From Candidatus Aenigmatarchaeota archaeon (GTDB taxonomy: Archaea; Aenigmatarchaeota; Aenigmatarchaeia; QMZP01): a DNA stretch of 57,004 nt. The stretch is taken from the NCBI GenBank assembly GCA_015520105.1, contig WAQT01000010.1, forward strand, positions 1 through 57,004, read 5' to 3'. Under the pieces are notes generated by a model. The model saw only the letters and a program-made list of their open reading frames with translations. It did not search any database and was not told the origin of the DNA. Positions 25,560 through 34,318 of this stretch are shown here, piece after piece. Within the stretch, counting starts at the first letter, position 1; each line of letters begins with the position of its first letter. The position numbers and the translations under genes are program-made.

Positions 25560-26363
25560 TTATCCTATGTATCTCAGCTGCTCCTTCCCCGAGACAGGAG
25601 CTGACTCGTCTTTTGTTATCTGCATTATCGCCTTTTTCTGGAGATTCTCCACCTTCTTTATGAACTTCTCCATCTCGGAGACCTTGGCCTCAAGCTCGCT
25701 CATGTCTATCTTGAGGTTAAGCACCTTTGTGAGGTTCTCAAGAACAGTCTCTGCTGCCTTCGGGTCAGTAACTATTGGGAACCCGGATGTCTCTCCGAGG
25801 AGGCACACTCCCTTCATTCCCCTCTCCTTTCCGAGACCGAGGAAGAGGCCTGAAGCTCCGACTATGTAGCCGACCTTCTCTCCTGCAGTGAACTTCACCT
25901 CCGTGTTCTTGAATCTCTTTATCAGCTCGGTGTGCGTGACAGCTCCGTACACTGAGGGCTTTTCTTCTATCTCCCCTGTCGCAAGGCCGCCGACCGTGAT
26001 TATCTCCTTCACGCCGAGCTTCTCCACAAAATCAAGGACAGCTTCCACGACCTCGTAGTGTCCGTGAGGGGAGAGGCTCTGGCAGTCTCCTACAAGGAAT
26101 ATAATGTCTCTCTCTCCCTTTTTCTTCGCCTTATAGTAGAAGAGTTCGTTCTTTAGGAGATGTATCATATTCTCGTCGTGGAGCATCACAAAGGGGAAGA
26201 AGTGCTCGGAGTAGAGCTGGGCGAATTTCTTTGCCTTGAGTTCGTCTATCATATAGCCCACTGCGACCCTTCCTATGTTTCCGACTCCGGGAAGGCCCTC
26301 TATCAGTATGGGGTTGCTGAGTTTGGGCTTCTCGAAAACCTTTATCACTGTCATAAGAATCAC
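25560..26363 (-). CDS. PAC2-family (proteasome assembly chaperone-like) protein
   Basis: 267 aa. N-terminus LIEGLPGVGNIGRVAVGYMIDEL, with a C-terminal coiled segment. Confidence 0.6.
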   Translation of the reverse strand: MILMTVIKVFEKPKLSNPILIEGLPGVGNIGRVAVGYMIDELKAKKFAQLYSEHFFPFVMLHDENMIHLLKNELFYYKAKKKGERDIIFLVGDCQSLSPHGHYEVVEAVLDFVEKLGVKEIITVGGLATGEIEEKPSVYGAVTHTELIKRFKNTEVKFTAGEKVGYIVGASGLFLGLGKERGMKGVCLLGETSGFPIVTDPKAAETVLENLTKVLNLKIDMSELEAKVSEMEKFIKKVENLQKKAIMQITKDESAPVSGKEQLRYIG

Positions 26364-26420
26364 GGATAGTCCGGATGTTTATATATGTTTTGCGTGCCTT
26401 ATAAATGGTTGCAGAAACAG

Positions 26421-26430
26421 ATTTAAAAAC
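26421..26430 (+). promoter_or_regulatory. Putative TATA box for tRNA-Glu
   Basis: ATTTAAAAAC lies about 28 nt upstream of the tRNA 5' end at 26453. Confidence 0.45.
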
Positions 26431-26452
26431 ACAGAAACAATGAAATTTACGC

Positions 26453-26961
26453 GCTCCCGTCGTCTAGCCCGGTCAAGGATACGAGCCTCTCGAATGAGCT
26501 TTTCTCAAGGAAAAAGCTCAACCAACAGGAGGCTTCCGCCTTCCAAGGGGGTTTTCCTCAAGGAAAAAGCTTTGCGGAACAAGCGTGTCACGACTCAGCT
26601 CCCTAAAATGGTTGGGAAGGTGCAAAGGAAGCGGTCAGCTCCCTCTTGATGCAAGAGGTTAACCTTTTGCGGAAGCGAGCGCGAGCGAAGCTCCTGTAAA
26701 AGGTTAGGGAGCAGGAGAAGGTGCAAAGGAGAAAGCTCGGGACGCGGGTTCAAAGCGCAAGAATGGGGACACATTCGTGCCTCGTCAATGAGGATTGTGG
26801 CACGAGACATCTCTGCAATGGTTATATTGGAGATGCAGATCCCCCTTCTTACCGCACTATCATCCCCTTTAATACAGGATAACAAGGCAAAGGGTTAACC
26901 GATAGTGCAAATGGAGAGGGAACCCAGGTTCCCCTCTGCGGTGGGAGTCCCGCCGGGAGCA
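26453..26961 (+). tRNA. tRNA-Glu(CUC) with two very long introns (26493..26733 at 37/38; about 26755..26947 in the T-loop)
   Basis: Acceptor GCTCCCG/CGGGAGC+A. Anticodon stem CGAGC/GCTCG with loop CT-CTC-G. T-arm GCGGG-TTCAAA[intron]T-CCCGC. Confidence 0.7.
26840..26924. repeat. Conserved T-loop-intron module (copy in tRNA-Glu)
   Basis: Near-identical to 5250..5333 in tRNA-Arg. Confidence 0.85.
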
Positions 26962-26967
26962 TCGGAA

Positions 26968-28290
26968 TTACCTGAACAGTCCCTTGCGGCTGTTCAGGGA
27001 CATTCTTTTCATTTTCTCAGTGAAGGTTTTGGTGGTTATCATCATTCCCTTCAGAAGCTTGAGGGCCCTGTCTCGTTTTCTCTTGCTGTGGGTTAGGTAT
27101 AGGTTCAGAAGGCAGAGGTAGTCCTGAATGTGCTTTGTTATGAGGAAGTTCTTTCTTACATGCTCTTTGCCGTTGTGACCAAGCCTGCTCCTTAGCTTAT
27201 CGTTGCCAAGAAGCTGTATTATGCGCTTGGCCGCCTCCCTGTTGGAGTCCACAAGGAAGCCTGTCCTGTTGTTTATCACCTGAAGGGGGATTCCGCCCCT
27301 TCTCTTCGCGACCACAGGGGTTGCCTTCCAGAGAGCCTCGGAAACCACCATTCCGAAACCCTCTCTCTTTGAGTTCTGTATGACAACATCGGATGTCCTC
27401 TGGAGGGCGTTAACCAGCAGGTCGGCGCGTTTCGTGATTATATGTATGTCCCCTGAATCGTTGTTAACCTTTTTTATGAGCCTGTTGTATATGAGCGGTC
27501 CCTCGGGGTCGTCTGTGGCCATGTCTCCTATCATCACAAGCCGGCAATCCGTCTTCTTCTTGACTTCCTCAAATATCTTCACTACACCGAGAGGGTCCTT
27601 CCATTTGTCGAATCTGGAGACCTGGCAGATTATGGGTTTGTCAAGGTCTATCCCGTTTCTGGAGAGGATTCTCTTGCATTGGCTCTTTGTGAGGTGTTTG
27701 TTCTTAAGCGAGAGTGGATCGAGGGGTGGGGTTATGAAGAATTTCGGTATCTTTATGTCCTTCTTCGAGTATTTCTTCATTGTGAGAATTATTCCGTCGT
27801 ATCTGTTTATGTAGCTGCTGAAGAACTTCCAGCTCTCCTTTCTCACCTTGCTTATGTCTATGTGGCATCTCCATATCCAGGGCTGTTTTTTCCTGTAATG
27901 CCTTATCATAGCAAGAGGCTGCGGGTCGTGGACTATTATCAGGTCGTGGTCGTCTATGTGGTTCATTATGGCGTTCTTCTCCACCTCTTCTTCGTAGAGT
28001 TTTATCATCGACTCGCTTATCTTCCTGTTCTCTCCCTGCAATATGTTATGGAATCTTTTTGTAACAGTGAAGAAGGAGTGGGAACCCTTGAGGAGGCGCC
28101 AGCCCGTCTTTATGCCGAGGTTGTTCATCAGGATTACGTGGCTGTTGAGTATCTCAGCCACCCCTCCTCCTGCTGACGTGGAGTTTATGTGGGTTATGTG
28201 CCTTCCTTTTAGGGGTTCTGCTGACTCGTATATCCTCTGTATTTCCTGTTTTCCGACTATTCTCGTGTAGTCGCTTATTCTCGGTATCAT
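26968..28290 (-). CDS. GT4 glycosyltransferase, trehalose glycosyltransferring synthase (TreT)-like
   Basis: The N-terminal block HINSTSAGGGVAEILNSHV...FFTVTKRFHNILQG closely resembles the TreT signature as I recall it. The C-terminal half is GT4-like. Confidence 0.6.
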   Translation of the reverse strand: MIPRISDYTRIVGKQEIQRIYESAEPLKGRHITHINSTSAGGGVAEILNSHVILMNNLGIKTGWRLLKGSHSFFTVTKRFHNILQGENRKISESMIKLYEEEVEKNAIMNHIDDHDLIIVHDPQPLAMIRHYRKKQPWIWRCHIDISKVRKESWKFFSSYINRYDGIILTMKKYSKKDIKIPKFFITPPLDPLSLKNKHLTKSQCKRILSRNGIDLDKPIICQVSRFDKWKDPLGVVKIFEEVKKKTDCRLVMIGDMATDDPEGPLIYNRLIKKVNNDSGDIHIITKRADLLVNALQRTSDVVIQNSKREGFGMVVSEALWKATPVVAKRRGGIPLQVINNRTGFLVDSNREAAKRIIQLLGNDKLRSRLGHNGKEHVRKNFLITKHIQDYLCLLNLYLTHSKRKRDRALKLLKGMMITTKTFTEKMKRMSLNSRKGLFR

Positions 28291-28388
28291 ATTTATATAT
28301 GTCCTTCATAATTTTTATTGCAGAACGCCTGGCTGCGCGAGAACCCGCCCGAACAGGCAGCGTGTTGAGGGTATATTCTGTGAAACCT

Positions 28389-28400
28389 TATATTTAAATA
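28389..28400 (+). promoter_or_regulatory. Putative TATA box for tRNA-Ile
   Basis: TATATTTAAATA lies about 27 nt upstream of 28422. Confidence 0.45.
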
Positions 28401-28421
28401 AACGCTTCTATCATTTGTTGT

Positions 28422-28629
28422 GGGCCCGTGGCTTAGTGGTTAGAGCGCCCGACTGATACAGGTTTCCCCTCGAACAGCAGCAGGGGCATGCCTGTGGATA
28501 TCGGGAGGTCGTGAGTTCGATACACCGCTTTTTACAGGAGCTTTCGTTTCCTCCAAAAGCGGTGGAGCAAAAACAGGCACAGTTAACCGATAATTCGGTT
28601 AACAGTGAACGAGAATCTCACCGGGCCCA
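28422..28629 (+). tRNA. tRNA-Ile(GAU) with two introns (28459..28499 at 37/38; 28521..28614 in the T-loop)
   Basis: Acceptor GGGCCCG/CGGGCCC+A. D-arm GCTT-AGTGGTTA-GAGC. Anticodon stem CCCGA/TCGGG with loop CT-GAT-A. T-arm GTGAG-TTCGA[intron]AT-CTCAC. Confidence 0.75.
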
Positions 28630-28813
28630 TTCTATCAAGAGGTTGGTTTGCTTAGCGTTTTCAGCATTCCATAAATGTCTGTGAACACAACATTGCAGTT
28701 ATTCAGGATTTGACTTCCTGCTTTTCTTTTATAGAACATAACCTTGAGATTTAGTTAATCGTTTAAATTTTAGTATAACTAAAGTTTAATCATAGTTTAA
28801 TAATAGTAATGAA

Positions 28814-28933
28814 TGGACCGACCGGGATTCGAACCCGGAGCCTCCGCCTGTTTCCGAACCTTGCGCTTCTGTTGAGGGAGTGTTGCCCGAAGGTTCTTGC
28901 GAAAGCGGCGATCTACCATTGATCTATCGGCCC
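28814..28933 (-). tRNA. tRNA-Ala(CGC) with one canonical intron of about 48 nt
   Basis: On the minus strand: acceptor GGGCCGA/TCGGTCC with a G3:U70 pair. Loop TT-CGC-A. T-arm CCGGG-TTCGAAT-CCCGG. No encoded CCA. Confidence 0.8.
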
Positions 28934-28956
28934 TTAACTTATCTGTCCTGTTCAGG

Positions 28957-28965
28957 TTTTAAAAC
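28957..28965 (-). promoter_or_regulatory. Putative TATA box for tRNA-Ala
   Basis: On the minus strand, GTTTTAAAA lies about 28 nt upstream of the tRNA 5' end at 28933. Confidence 0.4.
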
Positions 28966-28993
28966 TATTTCAGGCAGAAAGACAATAATTGAT

Positions 28994-29545
28994 ATGCAAC
29001 TTGATATCTACGCGTTCGTGGAAGCGCTCTGGCTGATACTTCCAGCCTATGCAGCGAACGGCCTCGTTCCCCTGCTTGGTCTGAGGAAGACTCTCCATCC
29101 CATGGATTTCGGCAAGAGGTTTCCGGACGGCAGGAGAATCCTGGGAGACGGGAAGACATGGGAAGGCCTTGTTGCGGGATGCGTGACAGGCGCTGCGATA
29201 GGGAGCGTGGAGATGTTCGCCTTCCCTTATCTTCCGTGGGAACTCTCTCCTGTGGAGCTTGTTCTTGTTCCTATGGGACCGGTATTGGGTTTCTTCCTTG
29301 GAACGGGAGCTATGCTTGGGGATGCGGCAGCAAGCTTTGTGAAAAGAAGATTGGGTATCGGAAGGGGCAGGCCCGCTCCTGTGCTTGACCAGGACGATTT
29401 CGTGGTGGGAGCACTTCTCGCCGCTTCATTGATTGTGAGCACGAGGCCGGAGTGGTGGATTATCCTTCTTGTCCTGACGCCTCTCTTCCATCTCGCAGCG
29501 AACGCGATAGGCTTCCTTCTGGGAGTGAAGAAGCAGCCGTGGTGA
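28994..29545 (+). CDS. carS: CDP-archaeol synthase (DUF46 family)
   Basis: From the ATG at 28994: MQLDIYAFVEALWLILPAYAANG...GDGKTWEG...VKRRLGI. The longer ORF-track start overlaps tRNA-Ala. Confidence 0.7.
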   Translation: MQLDIYAFVEALWLILPAYAANGLVPLLGLRKTLHPMDFGKRFPDGRRILGDGKTWEGLVAGCVTGAAIGSVEMFAFPYLPWELSPVELVLVPMGPVLGFFLGTGAMLGDAAASFVKRRLGIGRGRPAPVLDQDDFVVGALLAASLIVSTRPEWWIILLVLTPLFHLAANAIGFLLGVKKQPW

Positions 29546-29546
29546 C

Positions 29547-30224
29547 ATGGAAAGAGCAGAGAGGATTCTGGAAATTCTGAAGAGGGAGATTCCGCTGGAC
29601 TGGATTCTGGTGGACGATGACCCGTTCAGGGTATTGATAAGGACCGTGCTCTCGCAGAGGACAAGGGACGAGAACACGGACAGGGCATCGAGAATGCTTT
29701 TCGAGAGATACGGAAGCCCGGGGGAGATAGCGGATGCTCCTCTCAGCGAGATAGAGAAGCTTATCAGAGCAAGCGGGTTCTACAGGCAGAAGGCGAGAAA
29801 GATAAAGGAGATTTCTAGGATTGTTGCGGAGAATTCCGGAAGGGTTCCCGAGAGTCTGGAGGAGTTGGTTAAGCTTCCCGGAGTCGGGAGGAAGACAGCG
29901 AACTGCGTCCTTGTGTACGGCTTCGGGAAACCGGCTATACCCGTGGACACGCACGTGCACAGGATAGCGAACAGGCTTGGGCTGGTGAAAACAAGGAGGC
30001 CGGAGGAGACCGAAAGGGAGCTGGAAAGGATTGTTCCGAGGAGGCTGTGGATAGAACTCAACGAGGTTTTCGTGAAGTTCGGCCAGAGGATATGCAGGCC
30101 GGTCCGTCCAAGATGCCGGGAGTGTCCCATAGAGAGGCTCTGCCCCTATGAAGGGAAGCAAAAGACAAAAACACGGCAAGTGAGCGATAAGATTGGAAGG
30201 GTTAGTTTTATATACCATGAATAA
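29547..30224 (+). CDS. nth: Endonuclease III (HhH-GPD, 4Fe-4S)
   Basis: HhH LPGVGRKTANCVL, catalytic region VDTHVHR, and cluster C-x6-C-x2-C-x5-C (CRPVRPRCRECPIERLC). Confidence 0.8.
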   Translation: MERAERILEILKREIPLDWILVDDDPFRVLIRTVLSQRTRDENTDRASRMLFERYGSPGEIADAPLSEIEKLIRASGFYRQKARKIKEISRIVAENSGRVPESLEELVKLPGVGRKTANCVLVYGFGKPAIPVDTHVHRIANRLGLVKTRRPEETERELERIVPRRLWIELNEVFVKFGQRICRPVRPRCRECPIERLCPYEGKQKTKTRQVSDKIGRVSFIYHE

Positions 30225-30235
30225 TACTATTGTTC

Positions 30236-31459
30236 ATGGAGTATTATCCAAGAGAAATAGAGAATAAAATAGAAAAATGGATGCAAAGAAAAGAGGTCGT
30301 GTTACTCAGAGGACCGAGGCAAAGCGGAAAGACAACGTTGTTTTTGCATCTGAAGGAGAAACTGGGCGGAACGTATGTAAGTCTGGAGAACGAAGACACG
30401 CTTAAGGTTTTTGAAGAGAACCCGGAAATGTTTGTCGAAAGGTTTGGCGCGAAGAACCTCTTTATAGATGAGGTGCAATACTCAAAGAAGGCTGGGAAAA
30501 ACATAAAATATATCTATGATTTCTTTCCGGATGTCAGGATGTTTGTCACGGGATCAGGCTCTTTTGATATCAAGGTGCTGGTAAGCAAATATCTTGTAGG
30601 AAGGTCTGCAAGCTTTGAGCTGCTTCCTTTGAATTTTGGTGAGTTTCTGATGTGGAAGGATAAGAGTCTTGCAAAAATCCATACTCAGTACAAGAACGCA
30701 ATATTGGAATTCATAAGAGGAGGAAGGGCAAACATAGAAGCGGTGTTTGAAAGGGAGTTTAGGGCGATGCTTGAGGAGTATTTGATGTTTGGAGGTTTTC
30801 CGGAAATAGTCAAAGAAAAAGACGAAGGCATGAAAACAGAGATTCTGAAAAACCTTTACAGGACATATCTTGAAAGAGATGTGTTCTATTTCCTTAACAT
30901 AAGGCATCTTGAAAAGTTTAGAGGTTTATTGAGATATCTTGCGCTTTCAACAGGAAACATCTTTGAGTTCTCCTCCGTAATGTCTGAGTTGGGGATGGAT
31001 TACAAGACCATAGACAACTACCTGAACATCCTTGTCAATTCTTATGTGATAAAGATTGTGTCTCCGTTCCACAGGAACAGGGTAACGGAGATCAGAAGAA
31101 GCAAGAAGGTGTATTTTGTGGACAGTGGTCTGAGGAATGCGGTTCTTGGGAATTTCTCTCCTCTGGAAGGAAGAACTGACAAAGGGCAGATTCTGGAGAA
31201 TTTTGTCCTGAGGGAATTTGAGGGGTTTGAGATAAAATACTGGAGAACAACAACAAAAGCTGAGGTTGATTTTGTGCTTCTGGAGGGGAAAAGATTGATT
31301 CCGGTTGAGGTAAAATCCCTGAGAAACATCAAAAGGAGCTTTCTTGGTTTTCTTAATATGTACAAGCCGGAAAGGGCTCTTGTTCTTACAGGAGACAGGC
31401 TTGAACACAGAAGGATTGGAAAGACCAATGTCCTGTTTGCTCCTCACTGGATGGTTTAA
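30236..31459 (+). CDS. AAA-type ATPase with a DUF4143-like C-terminal domain
   Basis: Walker A GPRQSGKTT and Walker B LFIDEVQ. The architecture matches 22725..23969. Confidence 0.7.
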   Translation: MEYYPREIENKIEKWMQRKEVVLLRGPRQSGKTTLFLHLKEKLGGTYVSLENEDTLKVFEENPEMFVERFGAKNLFIDEVQYSKKAGKNIKYIYDFFPDVRMFVTGSGSFDIKVLVSKYLVGRSASFELLPLNFGEFLMWKDKSLAKIHTQYKNAILEFIRGGRANIEAVFEREFRAMLEEYLMFGGFPEIVKEKDEGMKTEILKNLYRTYLERDVFYFLNIRHLEKFRGLLRYLALSTGNIFEFSSVMSELGMDYKTIDNYLNILVNSYVIKIVSPFHRNRVTEIRRSKKVYFVDSGLRNAVLGNFSPLEGRTDKGQILENFVLREFEGFEIKYWRTTTKAEVDFVLLEGKRLIPVEVKSLRNIKRSFLGFLNMYKPERALVLTGDRLEHRRIGKTNVLFAPHWMV

Positions 31460-31514
31460 TAAACCGGACAAAAGCGAATTTAAATACGCAGAATAAGGCT
31501 TCTCAGGGATTTGC

Positions 31515-31880
31515 ATGACCCCGGGAAGCTACGCGCTGGTTTTGAAGCTGGATTCCGGCAGGGAGCTTCTAACAAGAGGGAGGAGGTTCATGCTGAGGAA
31601 GGGTTATTATGTTTACGTTGGCTCCGCGCTTTCCGGCCTCGAGGCGAGGATTGGGAGGCATCTCCGGAAGGAGAAGAGAAAGTTCTGGCATATAGACTAT
31701 CTCCTTGAGCATGCAGGGGTTGTGGAGGTCCTGAGGTTTCCGGGAGGGAAGGAGTGCGGAATAGCCAGGGACGTGGAGGAGGCGAGCGACGGCTCCGTGA
31801 AGGGGTTCGGCTGCTCGGACTGCAGATGCAGTAGCCATCTCTTTTATTTCAGGAGGTTTCCGGAGATATGGAAAGCATGA
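31515..31880 (+). CDS. GIY-YIG-like endonuclease domain protein (DUF123)
   Basis: GYYVYVGSALSGLEARIGRHL...FWHIDYLL is the DUF123 signature. Confidence 0.65.
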   Translation: MTPGSYALVLKLDSGRELLTRGRRFMLRKGYYVYVGSALSGLEARIGRHLRKEKRKFWHIDYLLEHAGVVEVLRFPGGKECGIARDVEEASDGSVKGFGCSDCRCSSHLFYFRRFPEIWKA

Positions 31881-32485
31881 AGGGTTTGCTCGATGCCTAT
31901 GGGAAAAAGAAAGAGGAGATAAGGAAGAGGCTTGAAGAGTTCAGGGAATGGGGAAAGGACAGGGAGAGGATTATCTCGGAACTGTTCTTCTGCCTCTGCA
32001 CGCCTCAATCCTCTGCGAGAAGGTGCGATGCTGCTGTGAGAACTATCCGGGAGAGGGGCCTCCTCTTTGGCGGCAGTGAGGATTCTGTCAGGGCGTGCCT
32101 TTCAGGCGTGAGGTTTCCGGGAAACAAGGCCGGGTATATCGTGGAGGCAAGGGAAAGGTTCGGGGAGATTCTGGAAGCGATAGGGAAGGAGCCTGCTGAA
32201 GCAAGGGAATGGCTGGTCAGGAATGTGAAAGGTCTGGGATACAAGGAGGCCAGCCACTTCCTGAGGAACACAGGCCGCGGAAGGGATCTAGCTATACTGG
32301 ACAGGCACATACTGAAGAACCTCGCGAGGTTCGGGGTGATTCCCGAGGTTCCGAAGAATCTCACTAGGAAAAGGTATCTGGAAATCGAGGAAAGGATGAG
32401 GGAGTTTTCGGAGAGGGTCGGGATAGCTATGGAGGAGCTGGATTTGCTGTTCTGGTCGATGGAGACTGGCGAGGTGTTCAAATAA
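31868..32485 (+). CDS. ogg: N-glycosylase/DNA lyase (archaeal 8-oxoguanine glycosylase, Ogg2 type)
   Basis: ELFFCLCTPQSSA...KGLGYKEASHFLRNTGRGRDLAILDRHIL is typical of archaeal Ogg. It overlaps the upstream gene. Confidence 0.7.
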   Translation: MESMKGLLDAYGKKKEEIRKRLEEFREWGKDRERIISELFFCLCTPQSSARRCDAAVRTIRERGLLFGGSEDSVRACLSGVRFPGNKAGYIVEARERFGEILEAIGKEPAEAREWLVRNVKGLGYKEASHFLRNTGRGRDLAILDRHILKNLARFGVIPEVPKNLTRKRYLEIEERMREFSERVGIAMEELDLLFWSMETGEVFK

Positions 32486-32533
32486 CAAACAGGAACGCAA
32501 TTCTTATTTAAATGTTGCGAGAATATTCTGCTT

Positions 32534-33361
32534 ATGAAAGCGATAATCCTCGCAGCCGGGAAGGGGACGAGGCTGAGGCCTCTGACATACGGGATTCCGA
32601 AGCCCCTTCTTCCTGTGAAGGGAAGGCCCGTGCTTGACTGGGTCGTGGGAAACGTCCTCACGTGCAATGATGTTGACGAGGTGCTTGTCGCGATATCAGG
32701 AACGATAGGCGACGACCTCCATGAGAGGATTCTTTCGCACACCCACGGAATATGCATAGACAGCTATCTGAAAAACTCGGGCTACAGCAACGTGAATATC
32801 AGGACTGTTCCAACCCCCCAGAGGGAGACCGCAGGAGACATATTCCACATACTTCTGGACAACGAAATCAAGTCAGGGAAGATTATAGTGGCTTACGGAG
32901 ACAACCTCACAAACGTCAACCTTCAGAGGATGTCGGAGTATCATGACAGATGCAGGGAGAGGCTTGGGACCTCTGCGACCGTGCTTCTCTTCGAGGTTCC
33001 TGAGAAGGACGTGAGCAGGTTCGGGATAGCAAAGGTTAGGAACGAATCTGGTTTTTCTCTTATAGAAAGCTTCGTGGAGAAGCCAGAGCCCTCTGAGGCC
33101 CCGTCCAGATTCGCTAATGCCGGATACTATATAATGAATGTAGAGGATGTTATAGGTTTGTTCCCCCGCGGAAAGGAGAAGGTGGAGAGGTCTGTCTTTC
33201 CTGCGCTCGCCTCGGAGGGAAAGCTTGCAGCTTACATAACAGAGCTTCCCTTCTGGATAGACATAGGAACGAAAGAAGCCTACGAGGAGGCGAACAAACT
33301 CGCTCACAAAGGACTTGTCATTCCTCCGCCGCTGAACGAAAACGGTGATAATAATGAGTAA
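32534..33361 (+). CDS. Sugar-1-phosphate nucleotidyltransferase
   Basis: N-terminus MKAIILAAGKGTRLRPLTYGIPKPLLPV. Confidence 0.75.
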   Translation: MKAIILAAGKGTRLRPLTYGIPKPLLPVKGRPVLDWVVGNVLTCNDVDEVLVAISGTIGDDLHERILSHTHGICIDSYLKNSGYSNVNIRTVPTPQRETAGDIFHILLDNEIKSGKIIVAYGDNLTNVNLQRMSEYHDRCRERLGTSATVLLFEVPEKDVSRFGIAKVRNESGFSLIESFVEKPEPSEAPSRFANAGYYIMNVEDVIGLFPRGKEKVERSVFPALASEGKLAAYITELPFWIDIGTKEAYEEANKLAHKGLVIPPPLNENGDNNE

Positions 33362-34298
33362 GACTTGCGTGGTTACAGGAGGGGCCGGATTCATCGGCTC
33401 GTGGCTGTGCAGGAGCCTTGCAGGAAAGGGCTACAGGGTTCTGTGTGTGGATAATCTCCTGACAGGAAGCAGAGAGAACGTTGAGGACGTTCTTGTGAAG
33501 GACAAGGTTGTTTTCATAGAGCATGACGTCTCCAAGCCTCTGGAAATCAGCGAGGACGTTGATTTTGTCTTTCACCTCGCCTCTCCGGCCTCTCCTGTTG
33601 ATTACCAGAACCACCCAATAGAGACGATGCTCGCGAACTCGCTTGGAACGCTGAACACGCTCAACCTAGCGAGGGATAAGGGAGCAAGGTTTCTTCTTGC
33701 GTCAACCTCAGAGGTTTACGGAGACCCGGAAGAGCATCCGCAGACCGAGGGATATTGGGGAAGGGTCAACCCCATAGGCCCAAGAGCATGCTATGACGAG
33801 TCCAAAAGGTTCGCAGAGGCCCTTGCCCTTTCATTCTTCAGGAAGCACGGGCTTGATGTGAGGATTGTGAGGATATTCAACACCTACGGCCCGGGAATGA
33901 GAAGGAACGACGGAAGGGTGATTCCCAACTTTGTTGCGCAGGCGCTCAACGGAGAACCGATAACGGTTTATGGCGACGGGAAACAGACAAGGAGCTTCTG
34001 CTATGTGGAGGATATGGTGGAGGGGTTAGAGAGGGTGATGTTCTCTGAAGGGATTAGCGGGGAGGTATTCAATCTCGGAAATCCTGAGGAACGCACAATA
34101 CTGGAGGTCGCTGAGACAATAAAGAGGATTACAGGCTCTTCGTCCGAGATTGTATTCAAAGAGTTTCCGGAAGACGACCCTGTGAAGAGGAGGCCGGACA
34201 TCTCCAAGATAAGAAAGAGGCTCGGATGGGAACCGAGAACGGGATTTGAAGAGGGACTGAAAAAATACATAGCGGATTGCAAACAAAAGAATAAATAA
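33354..34298 (+). CDS. UDP-glucuronate decarboxylase (UDP-xylose synthase)-like SDR
   Basis: TGGAGFIGS, HLASPASPVDYQNHPIETM, STSEVYGDP and YDESKR motifs. The ATG at 33354 overlaps the upstream stop by 8 nt. Confidence 0.7.
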   Translation: MSKTCVVTGGAGFIGSWLCRSLAGKGYRVLCVDNLLTGSRENVEDVLVKDKVVFIEHDVSKPLEISEDVDFVFHLASPASPVDYQNHPIETMLANSLGTLNTLNLARDKGARFLLASTSEVYGDPEEHPQTEGYWGRVNPIGPRACYDESKRFAEALALSFFRKHGLDVRIVRIFNTYGPGMRRNDGRVIPNFVAQALNGEPITVYGDGKQTRSFCYVEDMVEGLERVMFSEGISGEVFNLGNPEERTILEVAETIKRITGSSSEIVFKEFPEDDPVKRRPDISKIRKRLGWEPRTGFEEGLKKYIADCKQKNK

Positions 34299-34318
34299 GA
34301 GGCAAACAGTGCTTTTAT

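Noticed and set aside
28880-28993. N-terminal extension of the CarS ORF in the ORF track
   Set aside because: It overlaps tRNA-Ala (28814..28933) and its promoter. The family-like sequence begins at the ATG at 28994.
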